Below are positions 1-10,624 of a stretch of DNA of 53,986 nt, one piece after another. Within the stretch, counting starts at the first letter, position 1. Each line of letters starts with the position of its first letter. A program made the translations under genes and the position numbers. The stretch is from Polyangiaceae bacterium (lineage in GTDB: Bacteria > Myxococcota_A > Polyangia > Polyangiales > Polyangiaceae). Under the pieces are notes generated by a model, which worked only from the letters and a program-made list of their open reading frames with translations, ran no database searches and had not been told where the DNA came from. Location of the stretch: positions 1 to 53,986 of the forward strand of contig JANRKO010000005.1 in assembly GCA_033763455.1 (NCBI GenBank), given 5' to 3'.

Positions 1-41
1 GCCGCCGTCCGCCTCAACCCATCCCAATGGCTGCCCTGGAA

Positions 42-3000
42 CTACAAGCAAACGGCCGCTTCAGCTCGATAGCCAAACTGAAGCTCTAGGCCCCCTGCAC
101 GTTTCCACGGCTGTTGCACGCACGCTTGCCGAAGGCACACGTTGCACGCACGCTTGCCGAAGGCACACCCAGCATCGGCGTTGAAGGTGGCGCGCGGTCT
201 TAGGTAGTAGATGTTATTGAAATACGGCACCCACCAGCCGAGCGTTTGAACGTACAGCAAGGTGTTGCGCGAGAAGCGATAGCTACTAAAGACGTCGTCA
301 TCGACATCTGCGACGGACGAGGGACGGTCCGTGACGCTGGTGTAAAATCCGTCGTAGCCAATGCGCGGTAGGAGAAAAAGCCCGCTTGAGACAGGCCAGC
401 TGTATTCTACGAACGCTCGGGGTCTGAAGGTAGAGGCGGTTCGCCCCTCCACCCGTTGAAAGTGAATGGCACCGTGGCCTGAGAACCGAAACGGTATCAC
501 GTCGCCGTCTTGGTAGAAGAGCGCATTGGCGCCGAAGCTGGGAGGCCCGGAATCGAGGCGCACCCGGCCCAAAGCTCCGAAACGCAGCCAAAGGTCGAAT
601 GCGTCGACGCGGCGCCGATACTCTAAGCGCTGCTCAAGGTAGGTAGAGCGGAAATCGTTAGCTCGTGTGTCCTCGGGCAAGGCTCCCACGACGACGCCAG
701 ACGCGGAAGTGACGGTTCCGAGATCCAGACTCCGCTCCGAAGGCGGCTCATCCGACTGCATCGCGATGTCTTGCCAGCAAGATTGATCGTCCTTGCAGGG
801 ACTTGTCACGCGGCGGGTGCGTCCGGGAAGAGTGGACAACGAGGCCGATAGCATTCGATCGGTCAAAACCCGTGGGGATTCCACCCGCTGGGCCAGTGCC
901 ACCGTGGCACTCCCGGCGCGGACCCTCACTTGCACGTCACCGCTTTGCGCTAGAGGAAAGATGTGGCGCACGCCATCGACCGCAACTCTTTGGGGTTTGC
1001 CATCTACCGTGACCATCAGTGTGGGCTCCCGGCTGCCCTCGCCCACGATGTCGATCCCAACAATGCCAGGCACCGGTAATCGAACCCGCAGAGGAACCGC
1101 TGGCTGAACCAAGTGGCGGTACTCAAGGCGCGGTGTTTCCAGCACCCATCCGAGCCCCTTCACTTCCCGGGTGCCTGGAACCTTTCTGTCGAAGACTAAC
1201 TGCACTACAGCTGCCCAGCGCGCAGGAGCCTTCCCCACCGAAATTGTTAACTTGCCGCTTCCCAGCTCGGCGTTTTTGAGTTTGAAAGTGCCTTCACCCT
1301 TCTTGTCGACGCGGAGCCGATGCCGCGATGCCCCTGAAAACGCGGCGCTGAGTGGGCAGCCCGTCGCTCGTACCAACGAAGGTAGCCTCGGGATGCAGAC
1401 ATAATGCACGGTGAGGTTAGCTCCGCCCAGGTGCGCTAATACGGCACTTGCGGGGCGTGAATCTGAAACGGTTACATAGTCTGCTTCAAAGGGTGCTCCT
1501 GCCAAGAGCCACGGCTTAACGCTCTCCCCAGCACCGGGACGCGGAGGGCGATCTTTGGAGATTCGGTGATTCGCGGTGGCCAGGTCGTTCACGGCGCGCC
1601 ATTCGGAGCCAAGCATAGAGCGTTGCAGGAGCTGCGGCATGCGTGGGTCGTGGGGGTTGAGGAGCGCGATTTGGGCGGCTTCGACTGCAAGCTTTCGATC
1701 AAATTGGCCGCTCGGGTTGCCCTTGGTCAGCCGTTTTTCGAGGGCTGCAAGCCTTGCGCGCGGGGAGGAGGTTGGAGGCTCACAACGTTGCGAATCGGGA
1801 TCAAAATCAGCTTCGAGAGGGTAGGCCTTCACGCTCATCGTCACAGGTTCAGGCGGAATTGCCTGCACAGCTTCATGGATAGCAACGACGGGGTCCTTGC
1901 CAAATTGGTCTGCGCTTCCAAGTCTTTTCACCGCAAGCGCGTCGGCGAGCGCTGCATCCCGCGCTCCGGCTTCTGCAAGCAGGAGTGCACGCTGAGCGTA
2001 CAGGTCACCGCGCTTTTGCTTGGAGGATGCGGTGCGGAGTGCGCGAGATAGCTGGATGATTTCATCGATTTTAAGATCGGCAGCAGTGAGCTCAGCCTTT
2101 TGCTCGATGGGTGCTCTCCGGATCGGGCGAATGGCTACATCTGCACGTGGTGGCAGTTGAATGCCAGATAACGCCCACTCGGGCAGCGGGATCCGAGCTG
2201 CCCGGACCCAACGAGTGCCTTCCGGATCTAGGGCGGTGAGCCCATTACCCTGGGTAACGACGATGTTGAGCGAGTCCGTTCGTTTCGCTTCCAGGGCGCG
2301 CGCTTGAAGTCTGGCGAAGCGGGTTCTTTCATGCAGCCATACCTCAATCCCGGGCGCACCTTCCCCAGGCGGAAATCGGAGCCAATTTTTCTTCATCGTT
2401 GGGATTGCTGGAGAGATTTGAGCAAATCTCTGCTCACAGGGGTTGTTTGGATTGGAGGCAAAGAGGCGTACGCCCGGGGTCTTCCCAACTTTCACTCGCA
2501 CCTTTTCGTTCGCCACCACCATGCGCCAAAGCACTTGACGCCCAGAGGGATTGGGCGAGAACTTTTCGCCGTTGACCTCCAAGTCGATGGGGCCGGACTC
2601 AGTGCACGAAGCGTGGACAAGCAAGCTGAGCTCGCGGAAGCGTGTACGAGCAATACTGGTAAGGTGGAATTCGCCCTCAGTGAGCTCCAACAGGGCTTTG
2701 CCCTCCCTGTTGGGTGGGTTTGGAGTGCATCCGGGCTCTCTCCCGTTCTCTAGTACTGTCACCCAGGATTCGTTAGTGTCCGGAATGAACGGTGGACCTT
2801 GCCAGCTGGTTGAGCGCAGTGTGGACCGCCACCAGGTTTCACGCAGGGTATCGTCTACGTCTCGCGCCATCTGCTCGCTGAGTGCCGTTAACGCACGCGC
2901 GTCTCCACTGGAAGCCAGGAGTTCATACCGGAGAGTAGGGTCGAGAGGCCCTCCGCGTGCCAACGTTCGGGCAACCGAAACTGCTGCTGGGGAAGCCTCC

Positions 3001-4259
3001 GTAGCGGCGCGGTCCCAGGTTTTTCCCTCGTCGTTGCCAGTGAGCGCCAAGTACATGACACAGAGCCCCGGTGCTTGGAGTTCAGTGCATGTCGGCTTGG
3101 CCTGATCGAGTAGAGATTCTTCATTGAAGGTTCCGGCCAACGCGTCTTCGACGTGGACATTGGGCACGATGGCGAGCGGGAGCACCCAAGCATCGCCGCC
3201 AAAAGCCCGGACTCGGTAGCGGTGAGTTCCCGGCGGGACGTGGGTGACGATGCGCCGCATCACGGCGAGATCCGTCGGGATGGTGGTACTAGGTGACGAG
3301 TCCCCCGACTCGGGCGCCAAACCTGTTTCAAGGGCTCGCTCGCGCGCGACGGGCGAGGCAATCAGTCCGCGCAACCTCCCATGCTCTTCGATGCGGATAC
3401 TAACCGTGCGGTCCACCGTGTCACGTGCGGCGAAGGCGACCAAATGAAGTAGCTTTGGGCCCTCAACCGTGAGTTCGAATCCTGTTCCCGAAGAAAGTGC
3501 ACTGAACGTGCGCGAATTGATGTCTCGGGTAGCGATTTTGCCGTCGCTTACGATCGGGGTGAGTGCTTCGGCCGAGCCATACGGGAAACCTGCGAGCGGA
3601 CGAATGGATCGCACAGCTCGCAGGCCCGCCACGCGACGTATGGCTTGTGCTGCCAATAGCGCATCCTTTGGGGGAGGATCTGCGAGCTCTCCCTTGATCG
3701 CAGTGTCGAGCGCAGCGAAGCCGGCCAGATTCAGGCGTGCGTTGGACGCCACACGCGGAAATGGCGAATCGAAAGGTCCATCCGCCCAGCGAGCGACTTC
3801 CTTCTCCCAATAAAACCATGCATAGCCGGGATCTTCGGCACGGCCGACGTGAACGTGATCCCATGCGTTGCCTTTGACGAGAAGAGCGGTCGTAAATAGC
3901 CCGATCCGCGTCAACACTCGTCCTTGCTGAGGAGCGTGAACGCTCCAAATTTCGGCCGCGTCCGGGCCACCTCCTATGCGCTCTCCGAGCGTGAGGGTTC
4001 GGTTCGTTGTGAAGCGCACCACCTCGCCGGGAAAGACCAAAACTTCGCGAACTTCTTCGCCGCCGATCGCGTGCGCTCCGCGCACTTCAGGCTCGAACCA
4101 TACAAGTTGCGCGGCGGCACTTCGGATCGGATTCTTTGCACGCATCGCGGGTACGGCCCCTGAAAGGAAACTACACGCCACCAATGCCCAGCTACTGAGC
4201 AGGAGAAAGAAGAGACGAAGGGAGAACGACATTATTCCCCGCGCTGGCCGCTCATTCAT
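42..4259 (-). CDS. Very large exported protein (~1405 aa) with a predicted C-terminal beta-barrel-like region; last gene of the PgsC/CapC operon
   Basis: ORF 42..4382. The likely start is ATG at 4259 (MNERPARG), which overlaps the upstream stop as ATGAATGA. Hydrophobic signal or possible lipobox (LFFLLLSSWALVAC). The C-terminal ~230 aa show alternating aromatic/polar strands (YLEQRLEYRRR, FRFSGHGAIHFQ, AFVEYSWPV, LLPRIGYDGFY). The extreme C-terminus is disturbed by a 28-bp duplication. Confidence 0.75.
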   Translation of the reverse strand: MNERPARGIMSFSLRLFFLLLSSWALVACSFLSGAVPAMRAKNPIRSAAAQLVWFEPEVRGAHAIGGEEVREVLVFPGEVVRFTTNRTLTLGERIGGGPDAAEIWSVHAPQQGRVLTRIGLFTTALLVKGNAWDHVHVGRAEDPGYAWFYWEKEVARWADGPFDSPFPRVASNARLNLAGFAALDTAIKGELADPPPKDALLAAQAIRRVAGLRAVRSIRPLAGFPYGSAEALTPIVSDGKIATRDINSRTFSALSSGTGFELTVEGPKLLHLVAFAARDTVDRTVSIRIEEHGRLRGLIASPVARERALETGLAPESGDSSPSTTIPTDLAVMRRIVTHVPPGTHRYRVRAFGGDAWVLPLAIVPNVHVEDALAGTFNEESLLDQAKPTCTELQAPGLCVMYLALTGNDEGKTWDRAATEASPAAVSVARTLARGGPLDPTLRYELLASSGDARALTALSEQMARDVDDTLRETWWRSTLRSTSWQGPPFIPDTNESWVTVLENGREPGCTPNPPNREGKALLELTEGEFHLTSIARTRFRELSLLVHASCTESGPIDLEVNGEKFSPNPSGRQVLWRMVVANEKVRVKVGKTPGVRLFASNPNNPCEQRFAQISPAIPTMKKNWLRFPPGEGAPGIEVWLHERTRFARLQARALEAKRTDSLNIVVTQGNGLTALDPEGTRWVRAARIPLPEWALSGIQLPPRADVAIRPIRRAPIEQKAELTAADLKIDEIIQLSRALRTASSKQKRGDLYAQRALLLAEAGARDAALADALAVKRLGSADQFGKDPVVAIHEAVQAIPPEPVTMSVKAYPLEADFDPDSQRCEPPTSSPRARLAALEKRLTKGNPSGQFDRKLAVEAAQIALLNPHDPRMPQLLQRSMLGSEWRAVNDLATANHRISKDRPPRPGAGESVKPWLLAGAPFEADYVTVSDSRPASAVLAHLGGANLTVHYVCIPRLPSLVRATGCPLSAAFSGASRHRLRVDKKGEGTFKLKNAELGSGKLTISVGKAPARWAAVVQLVFDRKVPGTREVKGLGWVLETPRLEYRHLVQPAVPLRVRLPVPGIVGIDIVGEGSREPTLMVTVDGKPQRVAVDGVRHIFPLAQSGDVQVRVRAGSATVALAQRVESPRVLTDRMLSASLSTLPGRTRRVTSPCKDDQSCWQDIAMQSDEPPSERSLDLGTVTSASGVVVGALPEDTRANDFRSTYLEQRLEYRRRVDAFDLWLRFGALGRVRLDSGPPSFGANALFYQDGDVIPFRFSGHGAIHFQRVEGRTASTFRPRAFVEYSWPVSSGLFLLPRIGYDGFYTSVTDRPSSVADVDDDVFSSYRFSRNTLLYVQTLGWWVPYFNNIYYLRPRATFNADAGCAFGKRACNVCLRQACVQQPWKRAGGLELQFGYRAEAAVCL
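113..168. repeat. Perfect 28-bp tandem duplication (gttgcacgcacgcttgccgaaggcacac x2)
   Basis: Read directly: 113-140 is identical to 141-168. Confidence 0.95.
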
Positions 4260-6240
4260 CGAACTCACCTGCAACCCAGCGTGATTCAACTTGCTGAGCC
4301 ACGAGAGCGCGCACCCAGACGGCATCCCTAGGCGGCTTATTGAAGCGGACACGATAGCTTCCTGGAGCGAGGTCGTCGCCAAGTATGAAAGACGTTCGAA
4401 GCTCCTGCCCCTTGGCGAGTGTTACCTGTCGTGGGCGTGTCAGGTACTTGAACGGGCCGAGGCTCTGAGCCCTCCCGCGTCGCTGTAAGGACTCCAGAGA
4501 AATCTCCACTTCGGTGGCTTGGTCTGCGTAGAGGCGAAGAGGCAAGACGCGCGCGCCGGGCCCAATGCCGACATACAAATGACTCCCACTCCACTCAAAG
4601 CCGCGCCCGTTGATCAGGCGACGAGGACCACCCAGAATGCGCGAGGTGTATTGGAGCGGGAGCGCCCGGGAGCGATCTACCACCTCTAACCGCTGTGCCA
4701 ACAACATCGTTAGGGGCGGAGACTTGGCGTGCGCCTCCAGGTTGGAAGGGCGGCGTGCCACGAAACCCTCCCAAGGCTCGCCTCCGATCAGACGTGTGGT
4801 TGGGGCAGGCGTTGTGAACGGCCGCACAGCGAGCTCTTCTGCCGGAGCTTCGGGGTCTAACTCGGCGACGCTAAAATCGAGTGCTCCTTCGCGCGGCGCT
4901 AGCCTCACCTCTCCGGCTCTTGGAATTTGGAGATAGAAAGCATCCCGTTCAGTTGGCACTTCGTCGGTCGCATGCTCGTAGCGATCGCTTGGCGCGCGCG
5001 CGAGCGTTGTTTGAAAAACGCGCCTATCGCGCCGTCGTCCGATCGTCGTTGTGACATCTACAGCGACGGGCTGCGGCGCCTCGGTGGACACCGCCACTGG
5101 CTTTCGGAATGCAACCCTGAGCCAAAGAGGCGTGTGGGTACCACGTACGATGAAGGGGGTGGAAGGTGTCGCTCGGAATGCAGAAACTTTGGAATACCAA
5201 TGGATGCCTGCGCCCAGGCGGCTTCGAACTTGCACGCGTGAGACCGTCTGGGTTCGCACCTCGACACCCCAAGGCCCCTGCTCGGTCACGGAGAAATCCA
5301 CTTGGTGCTGTTGGCGCAAGCGGCGGCTGGTTCCGTCCGGTTGTGTGATCATCACTTCCAGGGCGGTGGGCGGGTCCGAGACGATGCGAACTTGAGTTTG
5401 TGGATCCGCCACGAACGCGATGTGTTCGGTTGGAGAGGAATCGAGCTCGCCTGCCAGGGGCCAGGGTGCCTCTCGAACAGGGGCGGGGAATCGATAGAGC
5501 ATCAGGGCCAATGGCTTTGCTTCGCGGGCGCTCTCCTCGAAAAATGGCGCCTTCTTCCAGCGCAGGCTGGCGATTTCGAGTTGCTGATCCTCTTCTAAGT
5601 CGAGCCAGGTGGATTCCCAGGCTCGCGTTGCGAGCGCTTGCCGTTTGGCGGTGCTGAGCGTGCGGACTTGTGCCTCACGGTCGGCAGTTCCGAGCGTCTG
5701 ACGCCGATAGGCCCGCAATAGCACGCTGTCACCCTTCGGAAACGACTTGAGCTTGACAGCGACGCTCCCCCCGCTGAGGTCGCGGGCGTCGATGTTGAAG
5801 GTTAAAGGATCGCTCACGTGAAGGGCCGGTGTTTCGGGCACGAAGCGGCCTGTAGTGCGGGGCAGCTCCAGCGCCAGTTCTTCGTGGCGAGTTCGACCCG
5901 AAGCATCGGTAGCCTTCACAACTAAGAGCAATGGGTTAACGTCTGAATTGAGTGGTGCGTTCCAGCTTGACCCCACAACGACGACACGCAACATGTCCGT
6001 GTTGGGCTCGATGGGCAGCATCAAAGAACCTTGAGGCTCAAGCTCGTACATGAACACGCGCGTGCGCTGAGCACCCGCGGAAGCCAGCACTTGGTCGAGT
6101 GACGCAAGCTTACTGAGTGCCAAGGGGCTCAAACAAATCGCGCAGGATAAAATCAGAAGCGTTGCCCAGAATCGCTTTCGCACAAACCGCCGCGGTACCA
6201 GCGAAGGCCCAAGGGCAGGAATATTCCACCCAGCGTTCAT
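4252..6240 (-). CDS. Membrane-anchored/periplasmic hypothetical protein (662 aa) in the PgsC/CapC operon
   Basis: Long ORF with an N-terminal basic + hydrophobic segment (RKRFWATLLILSCAICLSPLA) and a beta-rich body. ATGA overlap with the upstream gene at 6237-6240. Confidence 0.8.
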   Translation of the reverse strand: MNAGWNIPALGPSLVPRRFVRKRFWATLLILSCAICLSPLALSKLASLDQVLASAGAQRTRVFMYELEPQGSLMLPIEPNTDMLRVVVVGSSWNAPLNSDVNPLLLVVKATDASGRTRHEELALELPRTTGRFVPETPALHVSDPLTFNIDARDLSGGSVAVKLKSFPKGDSVLLRAYRRQTLGTADREAQVRTLSTAKRQALATRAWESTWLDLEEDQQLEIASLRWKKAPFFEESAREAKPLALMLYRFPAPVREAPWPLAGELDSSPTEHIAFVADPQTQVRIVSDPPTALEVMITQPDGTSRRLRQQHQVDFSVTEQGPWGVEVRTQTVSRVQVRSRLGAGIHWYSKVSAFRATPSTPFIVRGTHTPLWLRVAFRKPVAVSTEAPQPVAVDVTTTIGRRRDRRVFQTTLARAPSDRYEHATDEVPTERDAFYLQIPRAGEVRLAPREGALDFSVAELDPEAPAEELAVRPFTTPAPTTRLIGGEPWEGFVARRPSNLEAHAKSPPLTMLLAQRLEVVDRSRALPLQYTSRILGGPRRLINGRGFEWSGSHLYVGIGPGARVLPLRLYADQATEVEISLESLQRRGRAQSLGPFKYLTRPRQVTLAKGQELRTSFILGDDLAPGSYRVRFNKPPRDAVWVRALVAQQVESRWVAGEFDE

Positions 6241-9104
6241 GGTCGGCTCGCCTCACACACTCCCCCGGACGCGCAGTGTTCTGCGCACGCTGCTAAGGAT
6301 TCGGCTTGAAGCACTCCAGAAGCCCAGGCCTCAACCCCCGTGGGGGCTACCACCAGGACGTAACCGCGCTCGCCGCGTGCGAGTAAGACGAATCGGGCGC
6401 CTGATGGCGTCTGCACCAACGCCGCCTCAGCGCGCTTCGCGGTCAACATTGTCGCTAGGCGCTGCCGGCCCGCGGCACTGCGCTCCACCACCGCCTGTTT
6501 CACAACATCCACGAGCTCAGATGTTTTGGCTCTGGGAGAGCGGTCAGAAAGCTTGCGCGCCAGTTGCGCCTGCACGCGAGCTACAGTTCCGTCGAAAGCG
6601 GGAAGGGCGAGCTTCGAAAGGCTGCGCGTTGCAAGCCGCAGGTCCCGAAGGGAAGCCCGCTCGAGGCGGGCGGAGTCGAGCGTAATGAACGAGAGCTGGT
6701 GACCAATCGGTGACGTGTTGGCGATGAGATCACGGGCTGGCAAGCCCAGCGGGATGATTGGCAGTTCCAGGCCAAGCTTCGGGAGGGCCTCCAGAATGCC
6801 TTGTTCGAGCCCCGCGGCAGGTCCCCACGAAGACACCCCAGCGGCCAGAGGGTCCTCCACCTCACGCAGGATGATGAACTCGGTGTGCGAGCGCGCGCGC
6901 TCCGCGTGGGCCGCCCGGAGAGCATCCTGCCGGTACGCCCCGTCAAAACTGAGGTTGAACACGATGGCGTCCGCGAATGAAGCGGCGCCGAGGCGCAACG
7001 CTGCGTCGCGCAGCTCGGGCCGGTAGGCATAGGGAACCTCCATCACAGGCCCCTTCACGCCGCCCGCCCGGGCCAAGACAGCAAGAGGGCGTGATTCCCC
7101 GCCTGAGAGGAGGAGCCATCCCGGTGCCCCACCCAGCAAGCTGCCGCCGTAGATAAGGCGATAACCGAGCGCTCGAGCCGCGAATGGCAAGAGCGCGTTG
7201 GAGCTTGGTGTTGGGTTCTCGGCCAAGAGTGGCTCCAACAGGAAACGACGCAACGCGATACCGTCCCGATGGGCTTGGGGCTACCGCTGTTTTGGCACGT
7301 CTTCGAGCAGGAGCGAAATCGCGACAGAGCTTGCGAGATCTCCTGATTCGGGTTTCTCTGACAGTAGCGCCCCGAGGCCCTTCGAACCCACCTCCAGCTT
7401 GAACATCCCTCCGTCGAGGGGTGAGAGCCGAAACCTCAGAGGAGTTTTCACGAGTACGCTTTTGAGGGCGTCTGGGGCTCTCATCGCAGAGGGGTTCGAC
7501 GCAGGTTGAGGATCCTCTGCGACGACTTCGAGGCTCAACACCTCTCTGCCGTTAGCCAATACGCTTGCCAGCTCTCCGACGCGAGAACGAGAATCGCTGA
7601 CAGGGACATCGTTGTCTAGCTGCGAAATCACGGCGATCTTCGCCAAGCCTTGTTCCACGAGCCAGCCTGCGAATGCAGCGGCTCCAGGGTCTTTGAGAGG
7701 CCGCGGGACCACCACCACGAAGTCCAGAGCGCTCCCCCGCCGCAGCATCACGGCCGACAGTCCACGGCGTTCGTTCGGAAGGGTCGCGGATTCGTGAATC
7801 AAGAAAGTATCCGGTTGGACCTCTTCGGCAACCAGGCCAAGCGCGCTCCCTGCATCCCGATTTCCGTTCAGTACCCCGTCGGCGATCTTCGAGATGTCAT
7901 GCGCGTTGGTCCCCAGCATGGGGCGCGTGTGGTTTCCATGTAGGAGGGCTTGCGCGCCGATCCAAAAGGCGGCTTGTGGGGCTCCCTTGGGAGCTCGACC
8001 TTCCTCCTTGTTTCGTGCGCTGGCAAAGGCGACGGGGGTCGGCCAAACATACTCAGCAAATGTTCCGACCAACGTCCCCAGGGCGAACCCCAGCCCGCTG
8101 ATGGTAAGCGTCGGGATCAACACCAGCGGAATGCTTCTTTTCTGCGTAATTTTGACGGCAAGGAGCGTTGAGATCAGGTAGCCGAATCCCATGAGCTCGA
8201 CGATATCGTTTCCTGCTAGGAACTTTCCGAGCGTGCCGGCTACTGCAAATCGAAGCACGTAGTCCACCACGAAGAACAGGACGATTCGACGCGGTCCCTC
8301 AATATTGGCCCGTCCGAGCGGCGTGAAACGCAGCAGCGCGGAAACGATTGCGACGAGGGCCAACGTTTCCGCGAACGTAGCCATGAACCGAGTAGGCTCG
8401 ATAATCACTAGCCCCAAGAGAGCCGGCACAAGGATGCCGTTGAAATCCCAGCCGTATTTCAGATTGGCAAAAGCCGCAAGCAGCGCTCCTGTGAGCAAGA
8501 TGATGTACGCCTTGGGTGCTTCCAGGAAGCTGGACACCATGTTCTCATTGGCAAGCGCAAAACCGCCCAGCGATAGATTGGTGTGAGGCATGAGTACAAA
8601 TCGCAGCATCAGGTACACGACTAGCGTCGGCAGTCCCTTCTGAACCGCGCCACGAAGCAAGCCAACTTTCCACACGGAATGGGCGGCGAGTGGAACAACT
8701 ACGAGCCCGATGGAGAAGGCCCAGTTCGACTGAGGGAACATGCGCCGAAATACAAAGCCCTCAAGGACAAGCCGCACCAAGATGCTGACGACCACCACTA
8801 GAAGAAACCGCTCACGTCCGAATACGCGGCTGCTCAAGTGAGCTTTTGGCAGATATTCCCCGATAAAACGCGCGATGAGGTAGCTCAGCGCGGCTTCGAC
8901 AACATTGATAACGCCGCTCAGCGGTTCCACAAGGAAAACTGCGGCCAGGTAACCCGGCACAACGAGTCCCGCGAACACCCAGCCCAACGTTTCCGTCAGA
9001 AACCATGAAAGCAACACGCCGAGCAGGACTGGCGTGATGACCGAAGTGTCCAGACCTGATTGCGGAAAAATGCGCAGCAAGATCCCCAGAGAACCGGCAC
9101 ACAT
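6237..9104 (-). pseudogene. pgsC: Poly-gamma-glutamate biosynthesis PgsC/CapC-family fusion protein (two CapC-like repeats plus periplasmic hydrolase-like domains), interrupted by one in-frame TAG at 7281-7283
   Basis: CapC-type motifs LLGVLLSWFLTETLGWVFAGLVVPGYLA and GALLAAFANLKYGWDFNGILVPALLGL. ORFs 7281..9221 and 6237..7253 are in the same frame and read ...EDVPKQR*PQAHRDGIALRRFLLEPLL.... Likely start about 9104 (MCAGSLG) or nearby. Confidence 0.75.
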
Positions 9105-9351
9105 CACGGGTCGCACTGCTACCAGATGAGTTCGGAGGTTACTACATGTATTGAATCGGCTGTCCTTACGGTAGCTGCCGATGAGTGCCAATTCAGAGCA
9201 CACTGATTTGTTGCAGGTCAACTAGATATGTGAAGGCTGTAGTTGTCCGTTTTGCACATGCCTCTGTGTCTAAACTGCCACACGTGAGGCGTTCATGTCG
9301 GTGCTCTGGACCTTTCGCGCACGCCGTGCGCCAGACTAAGCTCGCTGGCCA

Positions 9352-10608
9352 GTGTCGACGAAACACGGAGGCTTCGTGTCCTTTGCTGCCCGCGCTACGG
9401 TCTGGGCGCTGATGCTTGCCAGTTGCTCCGACGTTGGGAGCCCTGTGAGCTCTTCCGATCCTGCCGGGAGCAACACGGGCGGCGCGCGCAGTGTCGTGGG
9501 AGTTACGAACGGCGCGCGCGCTGATGCCGGGGCTACGGGCATTACGCTGAGTGGTGCGGGAGCTCCGGGCGGCACGCGCAATGCCGGAGGGACGAGCGGT
9601 GCCGGAGCAACGAGCGGCGGCTCGGGAACAGCAGGTGTATCGGGAGCCAACGGCGCCGATTGCTTGCCCCGTGTGTCGGCAGATCTAGTCGAATACATTA
9701 GGGCGGCGCCGTATTCAAAGGCAGGCACGACGATGCAGATCTGGGAAACGCAGAGCAGCAAATGGCAGGCAGCGCGTTCCGCCGCGTTGGCTTGGGCCAA
9801 GGGGGATTGCTCGTTGTTTCGCGCCTCCGCCGTCACGATGGGCTATGAGGCGATCCTTCTCACCGACCCCAAGGATCTGCGATCTTATTGGGTGCTGCGG
9901 GACATCTCGTCGCAATTCCAAGGCGTGTTTGCTTTTCGAGAACCGAAAGAAGCCGCCACAACACGCCCTCTGGTTATCGATTCTCCTCATTTTGGGTTTG
10001 ACTTCCAAGATGATCGAGCCATCCGCCTGTTTCGGGATACCGGAGCGGTTGCATTCCTCCAGAACTCTGCAGACAGGTGCAGCCTACCTTCGTGTTCTGG
10101 CTGCAGCCTCGTGCAGAACTATTCCTGTGAAGGCGAATGCATGCGAGATTCGGATGTAGTGCATTCGGTCCGAAACGGCTATTTTGCCATCTACGACGGG
10201 CTCGAAGCAGCCCGGGATGATTGGCACTTTGAGTATCACGGCGCTAGCGTAAGCAACAATATTCGGGGTTGCACCGGTGCTGCGCACATCAGCCAAGCCT
10301 CCAACGTTCAGCTACCTGCGGAAGAAGACGATCACACTTACCCGAATCGATTCTGGACCGCTCTTAAGAAGCGCGTGGGGGATGCCTGTGCCTGTTATCA
10401 CCAACGCCAAGAGGGGTGTAAGCTCAGCGGTCTCACATCAACAGCGGGTCGGCGCACCAACCACGACGGGAAGCTTCTGGCCGAGGCCGAGCTCGCATGC
10501 ACCGTCATGCCAAGCTCGCTTTCTAAGCGTTTCATCCACTTCGAGGCGTACAACGTCGACCCCCTGCACGTTACCAGTGCATTGCTCGAAGCCGTTCCTC
10601 TGCCCTGA
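9352..10608 (+). CDS. Lipoprotein with a Gly-rich linker and a PghP/DUF867-like (gamma-PGA hydrolase-like) Zn-hydrolase domain
   Basis: Lipobox LMLASC and G/A/T/S linker. Motifs LVIDSPHFGFD, SDVVH, FEYHG and FIHFE. Cys-rich. Confidence 0.6.
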   Translation: MSTKHGGFVSFAARATVWALMLASCSDVGSPVSSSDPAGSNTGGARSVVGVTNGARADAGATGITLSGAGAPGGTRNAGGTSGAGATSGGSGTAGVSGANGADCLPRVSADLVEYIRAAPYSKAGTTMQIWETQSSKWQAARSAALAWAKGDCSLFRASAVTMGYEAILLTDPKDLRSYWVLRDISSQFQGVFAFREPKEAATTRPLVIDSPHFGFDFQDDRAIRLFRDTGAVAFLQNSADRCSLPSCSGCSLVQNYSCEGECMRDSDVVHSVRNGYFAIYDGLEAARDDWHFEYHGASVSNNIRGCTGAAHISQASNVQLPAEEDDHTYPNRFWTALKKRVGDACACYHQRQEGCKLSGLTSTAGRRTNHDGKLLAEAELACTVMPSSLSKRFIHFEAYNVDPLHVTSALLEAVPLP

Positions 10609-10624
10609 CCGACTTGCTGCATCG

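Noticed and set aside
7281..7283. Pyrrolysine or genome-wide TAG recoding
   Set aside because: No pyl genes are visible, and several intact genes (e.g. 18214..19515, 13025..13423, 46175..47362) end at TAG at the expected length.
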